From positions 7,316,001 to 7,380,000 of the forward strand of contig OZ024761.1 in assembly GCA_964016885.1 (NCBI GenBank): DNA of 64,000 bases, given 5' to 3'. The notes beneath the pieces were generated by a model, which saw only the letters and a program-made list of their open reading frames with translations, searched no databases and was not told where the DNA came from. Positions 1-16,219 of the stretch are shown piece by piece. Source of the DNA: Eledone cirrhosa (Eukaryota). Each line of letters starts with the position of its first letter. The stretch's first letter is position 1. The translations under genes were made by a program, and so were the position numbers.

Positions 1-618
<618 letters not shown>

Positions 619-646
619 GATATTGTTATACTTTGGGAGCGTCTTA

Positions 647-1166
647 AGCCAGTCTTAAACTCCTCTGTTATGGCTTGGAGGACTATAATGAACAATATAA
701 CATATATATATATATTATATATAATATATATATATATGTTATATATAATATATATATATTTGTTATATATAATATATATATATTTGTTATATATAATATA
801 TATATATTTGTTATATATAATATATATATATTTGTTATATAAAATATATATATATATATTATATATATATCTATATATATTATATATATATCTATATATA
901 TATATTATATATATATATATATTATATACATATATATATATATTATATATATATCTATATATATTATATATATATCTATATTATATATATATCTATATAT
1001 ATTATATATATATCTATATTTTATATATATATATCTATATATATTTTGTTTCTGAATTTGTTTAGCAAGATTCTTTATCTGAAATCGTGCGTTGAAACCG
1101 ATATTGTTATACTTTGGGAGGGTCATGTTGCCAATAAGAAACACACACTCCAGTTGCTTTCACTTC
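647..1166 (-). repeat. Inverted copy of 3820-4529 (PLE 3' tail + AT array + first ~50 bp of the RTE fragment)
   Basis: Reverse complement reads GAAGTGAAAGCAACTGG...CAGAAAC, then an AT array with the same 'caa' variants, then TTGTTCATTATAGTCCTCCAAGCCATAACAGAGGAGTTTAAGACTGGCT, as at 3820-4529. Confidence 0.9.
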
Positions 1167-2294
1167 GTAGATGATATAAACATCGTAGTTAAGACACCCC
1201 CAATAAAGAACAGTCAGGAACTAGAGACAAACACAATGGAAAGCATCCAGCAAATAGCAAACTCCATCCACCAGAGCATTAGATTTACTATAGACTACCC
1301 AAGTAGACACCCCAACCATCGATTACATGTACTAGACACAGAGCTCTGGTTAGATACCATTAACAACCAAAAACAAATCCTCCATTCCCATTATGCCAAA
1401 CCCATGACTTCCAAACATCTGATCCACCGAAACTCGGCCATTTCGGACCATACCAAAATCAACATACTGATTGCGGATTTGGTACGGGTGATGAGAAATG
1501 TGTCCCGCATGTGCAACCCCGAAGAACTAGAGAGACACATACAACACTTCATCCACCATATGCAGTTCTCTGGCTACAATCAGAGAGATAGAATCAGAGT
1601 GTATAAAGGAGCCAGAACCAAATGGGAAAAAATGGTAAATAATGACATAAATGGGACCTGCCCCTTGTATAGGAGCAAATTTTGGAATAGAATAGAAAGA
1701 ACTAGGAACAAGGCCAATAGAATAAACTCATGGTATGATAGCAATAAATACCAGAGTGTAATGTTCATCAATACAACCCCTAGAGGCGAACTAGCCTACA
1801 AATTTAGAAGGGCCTTAAATAAACATAATCTCAATATTAAGATAGTAGAAAGACCTGGTACCTCCGTAAAAACACTTATTAGCAAGACATACCCGTTCCA
1901 AAGACCCTCATGTATAGATAAGAAATGTATAACCTGTAAAATAAGCCCCCATATTAACTGTAAAACTAGAAATGTAGTGTATAGCATAAGATGTACTGAA
2001 GGACAATGTAGAAACAAAAATATAGTGTACATAGGTGAGACAGCTCGTAGTATAGGGGAACGAATAAATGAACACTGGCGAGACCTCCAAGATAATAAAG
2101 AATCATCTGTGCTCTACCAACATGCTAAGATAGAACACAGGGGTAGATTAGAGAGCATAGAAATAAAAATAGAATCCACGCACAGAAAAGACGCAATGTT
2201 TAGGCAAATTACAGAGGCAGTAAGCATAAAAGAATTAAAACCAAAATTAAATAGAAAATATGAGTGGAACAGCAACATCACAACTTACAATTAA
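1167..2294 (+). mobile_element. 5'-truncated Penelope-like retroelement ORF (RT C-terminus, Cys-rich linker, GIY-YIG endonuclease; Neptune-like)
   Basis: VDD at the truncation point; thumb motifs LHVLDTELW, HYAKPM, MQFSGY; CxxxxCxxC linker; VVYSIRC...YIGETARSIGERINEH...QITEAVSIKELKPKLN GIY-YIG motifs. Confidence 0.92.
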
Positions 2295-2515
2295 GGACAA
2301 AATGAAAACACACACACACATAGAACAAACAACTTACAATTGAAAACACACACAAAATGAAAACACACACAGGACAAAATGAAAACACACACACACATAG
2401 AACAAACAACCAACCAACAATAAATAAATAAATAAATAAATAAATAAACAAATAGAAAAATATAAATAGAAAAATAGAAAAATGAACACAAACACACACA
2501 GACACCCGGATGTGG

Positions 2516-2715
2516 NNNNNNNNNNNNNNNNNNNNNNNNNNNNNNNNNNNNNNNNNNNNNNNNNNNNNNNNNNNNNNNNNNNNNNNNNNNNNNNNNNNNN
2601 NNNNNNNNNNNNNNNNNNNNNNNNNNNNNNNNNNNNNNNNNNNNNNNNNNNNNNNNNNNNNNNNNNNNNNNNNNNNNNNNNNNNNNNNNNNNNNNNNNNN
2701 NNNNNNNNNNNNNNN
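2516..2715. other. Assembly gap (200 N)
   Basis: Run of N. Confidence 1.
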
Positions 2716-3941
2716 GGGACCTGCCCCTTGTATAGGAGCAAATTTTGGAATAGAATAGAAAGAACTAGGAACAAGGCCAATAGAATAAACTCATGGTATG
2801 ATAGCAATAAATACCAGAGTGTAATGTTCATCAATACAACCCCTAGAGGCGAACTAGCCTACAAATTTAGAAGGGCCTTAAATAAACATAATCTCAATAT
2901 TAAGATAGTAGAAAGACCTGGTACCTCCGTAAAAACACTTATTAGCAAGACATACCCGTTCCAAAGACCCTCATGTATAGATAAGAAATGTATAACCTGT
3001 AAAATAAGCCCCCATATTAACTGTAAAACTAGAAATGTAGTGTATAGCATAAGATGTACTGAAGGACAATGTAGAAACAAAAATATAGTGTACATAGGTG
3101 AGACAGCTCGTAGTATAGGGGAACGAATAAATGAACACTGGCGAGACCTCCAAGATAATAAAGAATCATCTGTGCTCTACCAACATGCTAAGATAGAACA
3201 CAGGGGTAGATTAGAGAGCATAGAAATAAAAATAGAATCCACGCACAGAAAAGACGCAATGTTTAGGCAAATTACAGAGGCAGTAAGCATAAAAGAATTA
3301 AAACCAAAATTAAATAGAAAATATGAGTGGAACAGCAACATCACAACTTACAATTAAGGACAAAATGAAAACACACACACACATAGAACAAACAACTTAC
3401 AATTGAAAACACACACAAAATGAAAACACACACAGGACAAAATGAAAACACACACACACATAGAACAAACAACCAACCAACAATAAATAAATAAATAAAT
3501 AAATAAATAAACAAATAGAAAAATATAAATAGAAAAATAGAAAAATGAACACAAACACACACAGACACCCGGATGTGGCGCATGCGCAAACTGAGCACAC
3601 AACACACACACAGAAACAAAATGGCGTAGGATAGAAGAAAGGAAAGGCACAGAAACGAAGAAAGGAATCCCCAGTCACTGAAGAGGTCACAGAGTGTGTG
3701 ACGAAAGGACTATGACTATATATATAAACAACTATCTGGTTGTGGAACCAACCAACCAACCAGAAATTTATAAGTTTGTAGATTTGTAAATTTATAAATT
3801 TATAAATATATAATAAATTGAAGTGAAAGCAACTGGTGCGTGTGTTTCTTATTGGCAACATGACCCTCCCAAAGTATAACAATATCGGTTTCAACACACG
3901 ATTTCAGATAAAGAATCTTGCTAAACAAATTCAGAAACGAA
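2716..3941 (+). mobile_element. PLE 3' part: duplicate ORF end (to 3357), 3' UTR/pseudo-LTR with hammerhead, AATAAA (3812-3817) and ~120-bp tail
   Basis: 2716-3575 repeats 1653-2515; continues through the HHR motif and polyA signal into (AT)n. Confidence 0.88.
3673..3717 (+). ncRNA. Minimal type-I hammerhead ribozyme in PLE pseudo-LTR
   Basis: AGUCA-CUGAAGA-G-GUCACA(GAGUG)UGUGAC-GAAA-GGAC-UA-UGACU: 5-bp stem I, 6-bp stem II, minimal stem III, CUA cleavage triplet. Confidence 0.8.
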
Positions 3942-4073
3942 ATATATATAGATATATATATATAAAATATAGATATATATATAATATATATAGATATATA
4001 TATAATATATATAGATATATATATAATATATATATATATGTATATAATATATATATATATATAATATATATAG

Positions 4074-4122
<49 letters not shown>

Positions 4123-4480
4123 ATATATATATATATATATTATATATAATATATATATATATATATTATATATAATATATATATATATTATATATAATAT
4201 ATATATATATATTATATATAATATATATATATATATTATATATAATATATATATATATATTATATATAATATATATATATATATTATATATAATATATAT
4301 ATATATATTATATATAACAAATATATATATATTATAAATAACAAATATATATATATTATAAATAACAAATATATATATATTATATATAACAAATATATAT
4401 ATATTATATATAACAAATATATATATATTATATATAACATATATATATATATTATATATAATATATATATATATGTTATA

Positions 4481-5539
4481 TTGTTCATTATAATCCTCCA
4501 AGCCATAACAGAGGAGTTTAAGACTGGCTGTCCATGGGAACTTCTCTATGCTGACGATCTGGCTCTTATAGCAGAATCAGTAGAGGAGCTAGAGAATAAA
4601 TTCCGGCTATGGAAACAGCAGTTGGAAGCAAGAGGACTGAGAATAAATCTAGCTAAGACAAAAGTGTTGATGAGTAGAAAAGAGGACAAAACCCTGATTC
4701 CGTCAGGGAAATGGCCATGTTCGATATGCAGAAAAGGAACTGGCATAAATTCTATAAAATGCACACAATGCAGGTCCTGGGTACACAAGAGATGTAGCGG
4801 GATAGCAGGCAAACTACCAGGTAGGGAGAAATATGTATGCAGTAGATGTACAGGGAAATTAGACAGTAGAAGTCGCACTGATAGACACATTTTTCAAATG
4901 CGAGAGGGCGCTATAGAAGTGGTGGATAGCTTCCGGTACCTAGGAGATCAGATTAGCATCGGAGGAGGGTGTTCCGAGGCCATAGTATCTAGAATAAGGA
5001 CGGGTTGGAAGAAGTTTAGGGAGCTGCTTCCTCTGTTGACGAAGAAGGGTTTCTCCCTGCGTACGAAAGGCCGGTTGTATGATGCCTGTGTGAGGAGCGC
5101 GATGCTGCATGGTAGTGAGACATGGGCAGCAACCGCAGAGGATATGCGACGGCTGGAGAGAAATGAGGCAAGCATGCTCCGTTGGATGTGCAGTGTAAAT
5201 GTGCGTGAACGACCCAGCATAAATGTGTTGAGAGAGAAACTGTGTCTGAGAGGGATAGAATGTAGTGTACGGGAGAGGAGACTGAGGTGGTATTGACATG
5301 TGATGCGCATGGAGGATGACCGATGGGTGAAGAAGTGCCAGGAAATGTCAGTTGAAGGAAGACGTGGTAGAGTTAGACCACGAAAAACATGGGCGGAGGT
5401 GGTGAGAACAGACCTCAGATCATTGAAGCTCACGGTGGAGATGACGAGGGACCGTGACGAGTGGAGAGATGCTGTGCTGAATAAGACCCGTCCCACCCTT
5501 GCAAGCAGGGAAAAGCGGACGTAAAATGATGATGATGAT
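4481..5539 (+). mobile_element. RTE-clade LINE, 5'-truncated (RT C-terminus, premature stop at 5294-5296), (ATG)n tail
   Basis: LLYADDL, LHGSETW, RRLRWY, RGRxRKTW motifs; near-identical to 39853-40925. Confidence 0.95.
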
Positions 5540-5896
5540 ATATATTATATATATATTATATAATATATATTATATATAATATATATAATATATATATTAT
5601 ATATAATATATATATTATATATAATATATATATTATATATAATATATATATTATATATAATATATATATTATATATAATATATATATTATATATAATATA
5701 TATATTATATATAATATATATATTATATATTATATATTATATATAATATATATATTATATATAATATATATATTATATATAATATATATATTATATATAA
5801 TATATATATTATATATTATATATAATATATATATTATATATAATATATATATATATATATTTATATATAAATATATATTATATATAATATATATAT

Positions 5897-5940
<44 letters not shown>

Positions 5941-6361
5941 ATATATATATAATATATATATATTATATATAATATATATATATTATATATAATATATATA
6001 TATTATATATAATATATATATATTTTTTATATATAAATAATATATATATATATTATATATATATATATAATAATATATATATATAATAATATATATATAT
6101 ATAATATATATATATAATATATATATATATAATATATATATATAATATATATATATATAATATATATATATATATGTATATATAATATATATATATATGT
6201 ATATATAATATATATGTATATATAATATGTATATATAATATGTATATATAATATATATATATAATATATATGTATATATAATATATATGTATATATAATA
6301 TATATGTATATAATATATATATATATAATATATATATATATATTATATATATTATATATAT

Positions 6362-6393
<32 letters not shown>

Positions 6394-6484
6394 ATATATA
6401 TTATATATATATATAATAATATATATATATAATAATATATATATATAATAATATATATATATATGTAATATATATATATATATG

Positions 6485-6531
<47 letters not shown>

Positions 6532-6546
6532 ATTATATATATATAT

Positions 6547-6591
<45 letters not shown>

Positions 6592-7074
6592 ATTATATAT
6601 ATATATTATATATATAATAATATATATATATAATATATATATATAATAATATATATATAATAATATATATATATAATATATATATATAATAATATATATA
6701 TAATAATATATATATATAATATATATATATAATAATATATATATAATAATATATATATATAATATATATATATAATAATATATATATGTAATATATATAT
6801 ATATATATGTAATATATATAGATATATATTATATATATATATATATGTAATATATATATATATATATTATATATATATATAATAATATATATATATATAT
6901 AATAATATATATATATAATAATATATATATATAATAATATATATATATAATAATATATATATACAATAATATATATATATAATAATATATATATATAATA
7001 ATATATATATACAATAATATATATATACAATAATATATATATACAATAATATATATATATAATAATATATATAT

Positions 7075-7105
<31 letters not shown>

Positions 7106-7285
7106 ATAATATATATATGTAATATATATATATATATATATATATATAATAATATATATATGTAATATATATATATATATATATATATAATAATATATAT
7201 ATGTAATATATATATATATATATATATATAATAATATATATATGTAATATATATATATATATATATATATAATAATATATATATG

Positions 7286-7331
<46 letters not shown>

Positions 7332-7371
7332 ATATATATATGTAATATATATATATATATATATATATGTA

Positions 7372-7402
<31 letters not shown>

Positions 7403-7429
7403 ATATATATATATATATATATATATATA

Positions 7430-7506
<77 letters not shown>

Positions 7507-7510
7507 TATA
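5540..7510. repeat. (AT)n-derived array
   Basis: Low-complexity TA/TAA repeats. Confidence 0.97.
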
Positions 7511-8201
7511 TAGACAGTAGAAGTCGCACTGATAGACACATTTTTCAAATGCGAGAGGGCGCTATAGAAGTGGTGGATAGCTTCCGGTACCTAGGAGATC
7601 AGATTAGCATGGGAGGAGGGTGTTCCGAGGCCATAGTATCTAGAATAAGGACGGGTTGGAAGAAGTTTAGGGAGCTGCTTCCTCTGTTGACGAAGAAGGG
7701 TTTCTCCCTGCGTACGAAAGGCCGGTTGTATGATGCCTGTGTGAGGAGCGCGATGCTGCATGGTAGTGAGACATGGGCAGCTACCGCAGAAGATATGCGA
7801 CGGCTGGAGAGAAATGAGGCAAGCATGCTCCGTTGGATGTGCAGTGTAAATGTGCGTGAACGACCCAGCATAAATGTGTTGAGAGAGAAACTGTGTCTGA
7901 GAGGGATAGAATGTAGTGTACGGGAGAGGAGACTGAGGTGGTATGGACATGTGATGCGCATGGAGGATGACCGATGGGTGAAGAAGTGCCAGGAAATGCC
8001 AGTTGAAGGAAGACGTGGTAGAGGTAGACCACGAAAAACATGGGCGGAGGTGGTGAGAACAGACCTCAGATCATTGAAGCTCACGGTGGAGATGACGAAG
8101 GATCGTGACAAGTGGAGAGATGCTGTGCTGAATAAGACCCGTCCCACCCTTGCAAGCAGGGAAAAGCGGACGTAAAATGATGATGATGATGATGATGATG
8201 A

Positions 8202-8205
<4 letters not shown>
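7511..8205 (+). mobile_element. RTE-clade LINE 3' fragment, same young family
   Basis: Near-identical to 4860-5539; FRYLG...[11 protein letters not shown]; (ATG)n tail. Confidence 0.95.
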
Positions 8206-8244
<39 letters not shown>

Positions 8245-8261
8245 ATATATATATATATATG

Positions 8262-8330
<69 letters not shown>

Positions 8331-8354
8331 ATATATATATGTAATATATATATG

Positions 8355-8408
<54 letters not shown>

Positions 8409-8419
8409 ATATATATATG

Positions 8420-8466
<47 letters not shown>

Positions 8467-8598
8467 AATATATATAATATACATATATATATATATATAT
8501 CTATATATATATAATATACATATATATATATATATATAATATATATATAAATGAAAGATATAGAAAGTATTGTAGCAAGAAGCCAACAGTATTCCATA

Positions 8599-8639
<41 letters not shown>

Positions 8640-8747
8640 AATATATATATATATAATATATATATATAAATGAAAGTATAGAAAGTATTGTGACAAGAAG
8701 CCAACAGTATTCCATAATATATATATATATATACATATATATAATAT

Positions 8748-8826
<79 letters not shown>

Positions 8827-9168
8827 AATAATATATATATATATATATAATATATATAAATAATATATATATATATATATATATAATATATATATATATA
8901 TATAATATATATAAATAATATATATATATATATATATAATATATATAAATAATATATATATATATATATATATAATATATATATATATATATAATATATA
9001 TAAATAATATATATATATATATATAATATATATATATAGATATATATATATATATAATATATATATATAGATATATATAATATATATATATATATATATA
9101 ATATATAATATATATATATATATAATATATATAATATATATATATAATATATATAATATATATAATAT

Positions 9169-9202
<34 letters not shown>

Positions 9203-9334
9203 ATATATATATAATATATATATATATATTATATATAATATATATATATATATTATATATAACATATATTATATATAACATATATATATATATACAATAT
9301 ATATATATATTATATATAATATATATATATATAT

Positions 9335-9365
<31 letters not shown>

Positions 9366-9424
9366 ATATGTATATATATATTATATATAACATATATTAT
9401 ATATAACATATATATATATATACA

Positions 9425-9455
<31 letters not shown>

Positions 9456-9473
9456 ATATATATTATATATATA

Positions 9474-9513
<40 letters not shown>

Positions 9514-9590
9514 ATATGTATATATATATTATATATAACATATATTATATATAACATATATATATATATATATACAATATATATATATAT

Positions 9591-9639
<49 letters not shown>

Positions 9640-9661
9640 ATATATTATATATATATATATT

Positions 9662-9697
<36 letters not shown>

Positions 9698-10574
9698 ATT
9701 ATATATAATATATATATATTATATATAATATATATATATTATATATAATATATATATATATATATTATATATAATATATATATATATATATTATATATAA
9801 TATATATATATATATATTATATATAATATATATATATATATTATATATAATATATATATATATATTATATATAATATATATATATATATTATATATAATA
9901 TATATATATTATATATAAGATATATATATTATATATAATATATATATATTATATATAATATATATTATATATAATATATATATATATTATATATAATATA
10001 TATATATAATAATATATATAATATATATATATATAATATATATATATATATAATATATATATATATAATATATATGTATATATATAATATATATGTATAT
10101 ATATAATATATATGTATATATATAATATATATGTATATATATAATATATATGTATATATAATATATATGAATATAATATATATATATATAATATATATGT
10201 ATATATATAATATATATGTATATATATAATATATATGTATATATATAATATATATGTATATATATAATATATATGTATATATAATATATATGTATATAAT
10301 ATATATATATATAATATATATATATTATATATATATATAATAATATATATATATATAATATATATAATATATATATATATATAATATATATATATATATA
10401 ATATATATATATATATGTAATATATATATATATAATATTATATATATATATAATATTATATATAATATAAATATATATATAAATGAAGTAATTCCGTCGG
10501 AAAGGTCCAGCAAAAAAGAGTGCTCTATGTAGGTTACAGTACTTATTTATGTAATAAACAACATAAGATGATTA

Positions 10575-10634
10575 TTTCATTTACCAGTGGTTTCTTGAAA
10601 GCAAATAAATCTGCTTTCAGTCGTCAGAATGAAA
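10575..10634 (-). ncRNA. Type-I hammerhead ribozyme (left arm of fold-back)
   Basis: Exact reverse complement of 10707-10766. Confidence 0.82.
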
Positions 10635-10706
10635 AAATCCTGGTGTTTTTATTGAATGTGGATTTGATAAAAAAATAAATCCATTCAATAAAAACACCAG
10701 GATTTT

Positions 10707-10766
10707 TTTCATTCTGACGACTGAAAGCAGATTTATTTGCTTTCAAGAAACCACTGGTAAATGAAA
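10707..10766 (+). ncRNA. Type-I hammerhead ribozyme (right arm of fold-back)
   Basis: UUUCAUU-CUGACGA-C[UGAAAGCAGAU/AUUUGCUUUCA]A-GAAA-CC(ACU)GG-UA-AAUGAAA: 7-bp stem I, long stem II, GUA site. Confidence 0.85.
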
Positions 10767-10877
10767 CAATCATCTTATGTTGTTTATTATATATATATAT
10801 ATATAATATATATATATATAATATATAATATATAATATATAATATATATAATATATATAATATATATAATATATATA

Positions 10878-10940
<63 letters not shown>

Positions 10941-11015
10941 TATATATAATATATATATATAATATATATAATATATATATATAATATATATATATAATAT
11001 ATATATATATAATAT

Positions 11016-11047
<32 letters not shown>

Positions 11048-11091
11048 ATATATATATATATATAATATATATATATATATATAATATATAT

Positions 11092-11128
<37 letters not shown>

Positions 11129-11193
11129 GTAATATATATATATATATATATATATATGTAATATATATATATATATATATATATGTAATATAT

Positions 11194-11272
<79 letters not shown>

Positions 11273-11276
11273 ATAT

Positions 11277-11318
<42 letters not shown>

Positions 11319-11320
11319 AT

Positions 11321-11376
<56 letters not shown>

Positions 11377-11389
11377 GTAATATATATAT

Positions 11390-11423
<34 letters not shown>

Positions 11424-11456
11424 ATATATATATATAATATATATAATATATGTAAT

Positions 11457-11488
<32 letters not shown>

Positions 11489-11499
11489 ATATATGTAAT

Positions 11500-11531
<32 letters not shown>

Positions 11532-11542
11532 ATATATGTAAT

Positions 11543-11574
<32 letters not shown>

Positions 11575-11585
11575 ATATATGTAAT

Positions 11586-11617
<32 letters not shown>

Positions 11618-11672
11618 ATATATGTAATATATATATATAATATATGTAATATATATATATAATATATGTAAT

Positions 11673-11719
<47 letters not shown>

Positions 11720-13531
11720 ATATATGTAATATATATATATAATATAAATAATATATATATATAATATAAATAATATATATATATATATATATGTACTATA
11801 TATTTATATATGTAATATATATATATATAATATAAATAATATATATATATATATATATATGTACTATATATTTATATATGTAATATATATATATATAATA
11901 TAAATAATATATATATATATATATATATGTACTATATATTTATATATGTAATATATATATATATAATATAAATAATATATATATATATATATATATGTAC
12001 TATATATTTATATATGTAATATATATATATATAATATATATATAAATAATATATATAATATAAATAATATATATAATATATATATATAGAGAGAGAGAGA
12101 GAGATTTGAGAACACACACACCTCTCTATAAATATATAATCCACTTTGGGCACACACACGTGTATATATATATTTATTCATCGTAGAAAATTTTCTACGT
12201 GTCTACAGTATACTTTATTTAATCGAGGTTTACTTTTGTTTCTCTTCGGCAAACCATTCTCATATATATAATATTTGTGTTTACGGATAGTGGTTCGACA
12301 AACAGAGACCGATAAGATAAGTACCAGGCTCGAAAATATATTGTGTATAGACTAAATCCTTCGAACGGGGAGTTCCAGCAAAGCCAGTCAAAATACCAGT
12401 AATATATAATATATATTGAAATCCCGTCGAGGTTAACTTTGACTTTAACCCTTACGAGGTCAATAAAATAAAGTACCAGTAATGCACTGGATAATTTAGG
12501 CCTTGTGCCAAGGGTCGAAACAATTATATATATATATATATGCAAAATTCGGGACCTCAACGGCTGAGCTCCTGCCGTTTCAAAAGCTGGATCCGAACGG
12601 ATATATTATTGAGAGACAGATACACACACATATATATATAAACACTCATTTACTGTGTGTCCGTGTTGTCTTCCTTCTCCATTGTCACTTTCAAAATATA
12701 TAATGGCGGTATTGTGTTTACATTCTCCGGCGATGTTATTTTGGGATTCGATCTGGGAACTATGCCACAAACAATAGATTATTAGCAAAAAAATAAACGA
12801 ATAAACCCACTAAAAAGCTTTGTGTGGTCTAATTATATCTTAATATCAACCATTAAATTAATTAGTAAAACGTGGGAGAACCCATACATGGTTACAGTAT
12901 TTGCTAGAAATAGCAGTCAAACCTACTCGCCACGTCTTTAACAAATGGAAGGACACATTGGATAATGGGGCTCTAGATAAACATATATATATAAGCCTTG
13001 AAAACAAAAAGGTAGGATGGTCACCACTGGAATTCCTCCGGCTACAGATCTTACTGGATCCGGGCTTAAAATACTAACACGTCTTCAAATTTCTACTTTT
13101 TATTGGCAGACCATTTCTAAATTTATTTTAAATAATTACCAGGGAAAGGCCTGAACGCCACAACCCAGGAACCAGACTTGTGAGAAGTAAATTAAGGGGA
13201 TTACTATTTTCTGCACCTTTATTTCAAAAATTACTATTTTAATTTTAAAAGTGTGTGGCTTCTACAGGACTAGGACTGTATCATCCGAAAGAAATCATCT
13301 ACTATGTATTGAGTGCCTCTATGTGGTAGCTTTCGTTGCTAGGAACAATAGCTTAATTTCATTACCACTCGTTTGAGACAAAAGCCTTTATAGGATCTGA
13401 CTGGCCTAGAGATAAACAACACCTATTTAAGATTCAAACCCTGGCACCATCAATTATATATATATATATATATAAAATCGTTTAACGGCCATTTTCCACG
13501 CTAGCACGATATAGGGAAAAGCGGACGTAAA

Positions 13532-13570
<39 letters not shown>

Positions 13571-15828
13571 GACCTGTATATTATATATACATATAATATA
13601 ATGGCCGTCCAGCATTGTTTTTACACCTCAAAATAACATGTGACGTTTTCTTTTTAAGGCAGGTGTGGTTTGACTATTTCTAGTGGATCGCATTTAAAGG
13701 ACACCATAGATACATCCCACCACTGCGTCGCCTCTCTCGCCACTCTCTAATATTCTATATAACCCTAAGTGGGTCACCTCAAAAAACTTACCATTGCCAA
13801 TCTTTAATATAAATAATATACTATATCAGTAAAAATAGTATATATATATATACATATACTATTTTTACTGATATAGTATATTATTTATATTAAAGATTGG
13901 CCATATATATTTCACCCCAAATCTTTCCCTAGCCTCTGAAAAAAAATGAATCGGGTGGAAAGGATAGGCTACATTAAAAAAACTGACGGCTACGGCTGAA
14001 ACGCCTTTATTCAGGCCATACCAGGAGTTAAACAACAAATCCAGTAACAACCACTGATGCTATATAAGACGCTGTGTCCATCAAGCTATACCATTATTCT
14101 GCTGCCCCTATTTTGGGCAATAAAAAAAAGGAGATCCACGCCAATTGGCTATATTAGCAAGCACTTACTATACCGTCTCCTTCTTCCTCTTGTTTCACAG
14201 TAGTAACAGTCAGTTGCTAGGTTGTTTGCTGGCGACTAGGGGGCTTCCACTTTCTGATAACAGCAGAAGCACAACCATACATCCATCAACCTCACCTTCA
14301 GTCAACTCTTGCTTATCTCCCCCTTCCCAACCCTGCTACTTCCATACAACCCCTACCTACCACTCTCTCTCATCACTTGCTAATACTACTACTACTATTG
14401 ATACCAATTTATCATTAACAAGTAACAATGCTTGCTACTTCTAATTGCTACTATTACTCATTCAAACCTTTTTTCCTCCACCGATCTAACAAACATATAT
14501 ATATATATATTTATTTTTTATACCACCAAACGCGTTCCACTCGTGACCATCAGGTCGTGTTCAAAATATCTCAAGACTGCATTAACCAATAAAAATCCCT
14601 GCTACCCCCCCCCCCCCTCTCGTCTTTTAAGACAGTAATAAAGGGTTTAATTTAGCTTAACATTTCAGTCTAGTAGGTCGAGCCACTGGAATAGATAACT
14701 TCCCTCCCACCCCCCTGGTGCTACAGATATCTCTACACGCCATCTTAGATTTTTTTGTTATTACATCCATACACACACGTCTTCTCCCAGCTCCATTGCT
14801 GATACACCGCCTAGCTCAATTGTGGCTATATATATATACACACACACACTAGTAAAGCATTCCATGATCCAGTTTATTCGCTCGTATATATATACACACC
14901 TATATACCTGACATATATGTTGAAACCTCTTCCACTTCCAACACGCGTGAAACTAATATTACTGAACAAATGCCTATTTTGTTCGTTCATTTTAAGTGTA
15001 TATATATATATATATATACATACATACACACACATCATTATCCTACTCCTGTCACCAATACACCAGTTACTACAACCACTGGATCCAAGGTCTAGTTCAC
15101 ATCAACACGAAATCTTAATAGTGTCTGCGTGACGTCACCAGCAATGTAACTACCCCTCCTAGTAAAAGCAGACAGAGACTACTTACTGACAGTGAGGAGC
15201 TAACCAGGGAAGTCTTCTAAGTTGTAGTCATTGGACCTGCTAGAAATAGCAGCAGACTTTGATTACGGTGGGAGAAACTGAAAATGTATGTTAGAATAGT
15301 TGGAACAAGACTCATCACTAGGCTTTATTCTAAGTCACATACCTGCCACACAGTCAATCGTCTTCGTTCTACGTAGCGTGGCATTATACTTACTCTGGAT
15401 GAGTGACTATATTTCACAGTAAATTACTGGTACAGACTTCTTCCTCCGTCCAGGTAACAAGTAGGTGGATAGCGTGAATTTAAAATATGATGGGTCGTTA
15501 ACTTAACGTCCTGTACCGCATGGAAACACATTGACATTCAAATTTTTTTGCTTTCAATTTTCATGTCCATTTTTAAACCGGCCACATCTGGCCAAAATTC
15601 TCTCACCTCTTTCTCTTCAAACCGGACATAACCGGTTGCTCATAATGTATTATTCTGAAAATAAATATCGAAATCTCAGATTCGATATGTGAAATAAAGT
15701 GTTTACCGTGAAAACAGTGAGTAATGTAAATAAATGGTAAAACATCAAAATTAAATTCCACAACATTAAATTCCCCCCTCCCTAAATAATCTGCTTCTTC
15801 TATCTTTCTCACCCACCCCAAAACACAG

Positions 15829-16219
15829 GTTCGCAGCAGCAACGATATCATCATCAGCCCCAACAGCAAAAGACAACACAGAAGGACCGGTGAAATTCTC
15901 AGAGAGTAAGGCTGCTTCCTGGAGGTCTATGGACACCTTTAAAAAGCCACACAGCGACCGACCCCGATACGAACCGTTCGTAGTGTCGTTCAGTCTCTCT
16001 GTCTTCCTCATATACTTTGCCTTCTTGAGGGAAGAGAACGACCTGGATTTAGAAATGGACAAAAGCCTTTATGAGCGGATCCCTGCCCTGGAGAAGACCC
16101 AACTACAAATGCAGATTCAACAGAACAAAAAACAAGGGGTTGAGAGTGCAGCACTGAAGAAACGGCTGCATGAAGTAGAGGCAGAAATTAAGAAACGAAA
16201 GTTGCAAAATTCATTCTAA
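15829..16219 (+). CDS. UQCC4: Last coding exon of a UQCC4/C16orf91 (CCSMST1 family)-like mitochondrial complex III assembly factor; first exon not resolved
   Basis: Pyrimidine tract and acag| acceptor at 15828; PVKFSESKAASW...RPRYEPFVVSFSLSVFLIYFAFLREENDLD matches the family pattern (PxxFSxSKA, single TM, LREExDxD); stop at 16217-16219. Confidence 0.72.

Larger units (their letters stand above)
8206..12090. repeat. (AT)n-derived array with embedded short inserts (8549-8598, 8668-8716, 10481-10789)
   Basis: Low-complexity TA with islands of complex sequence. Confidence 0.95.
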
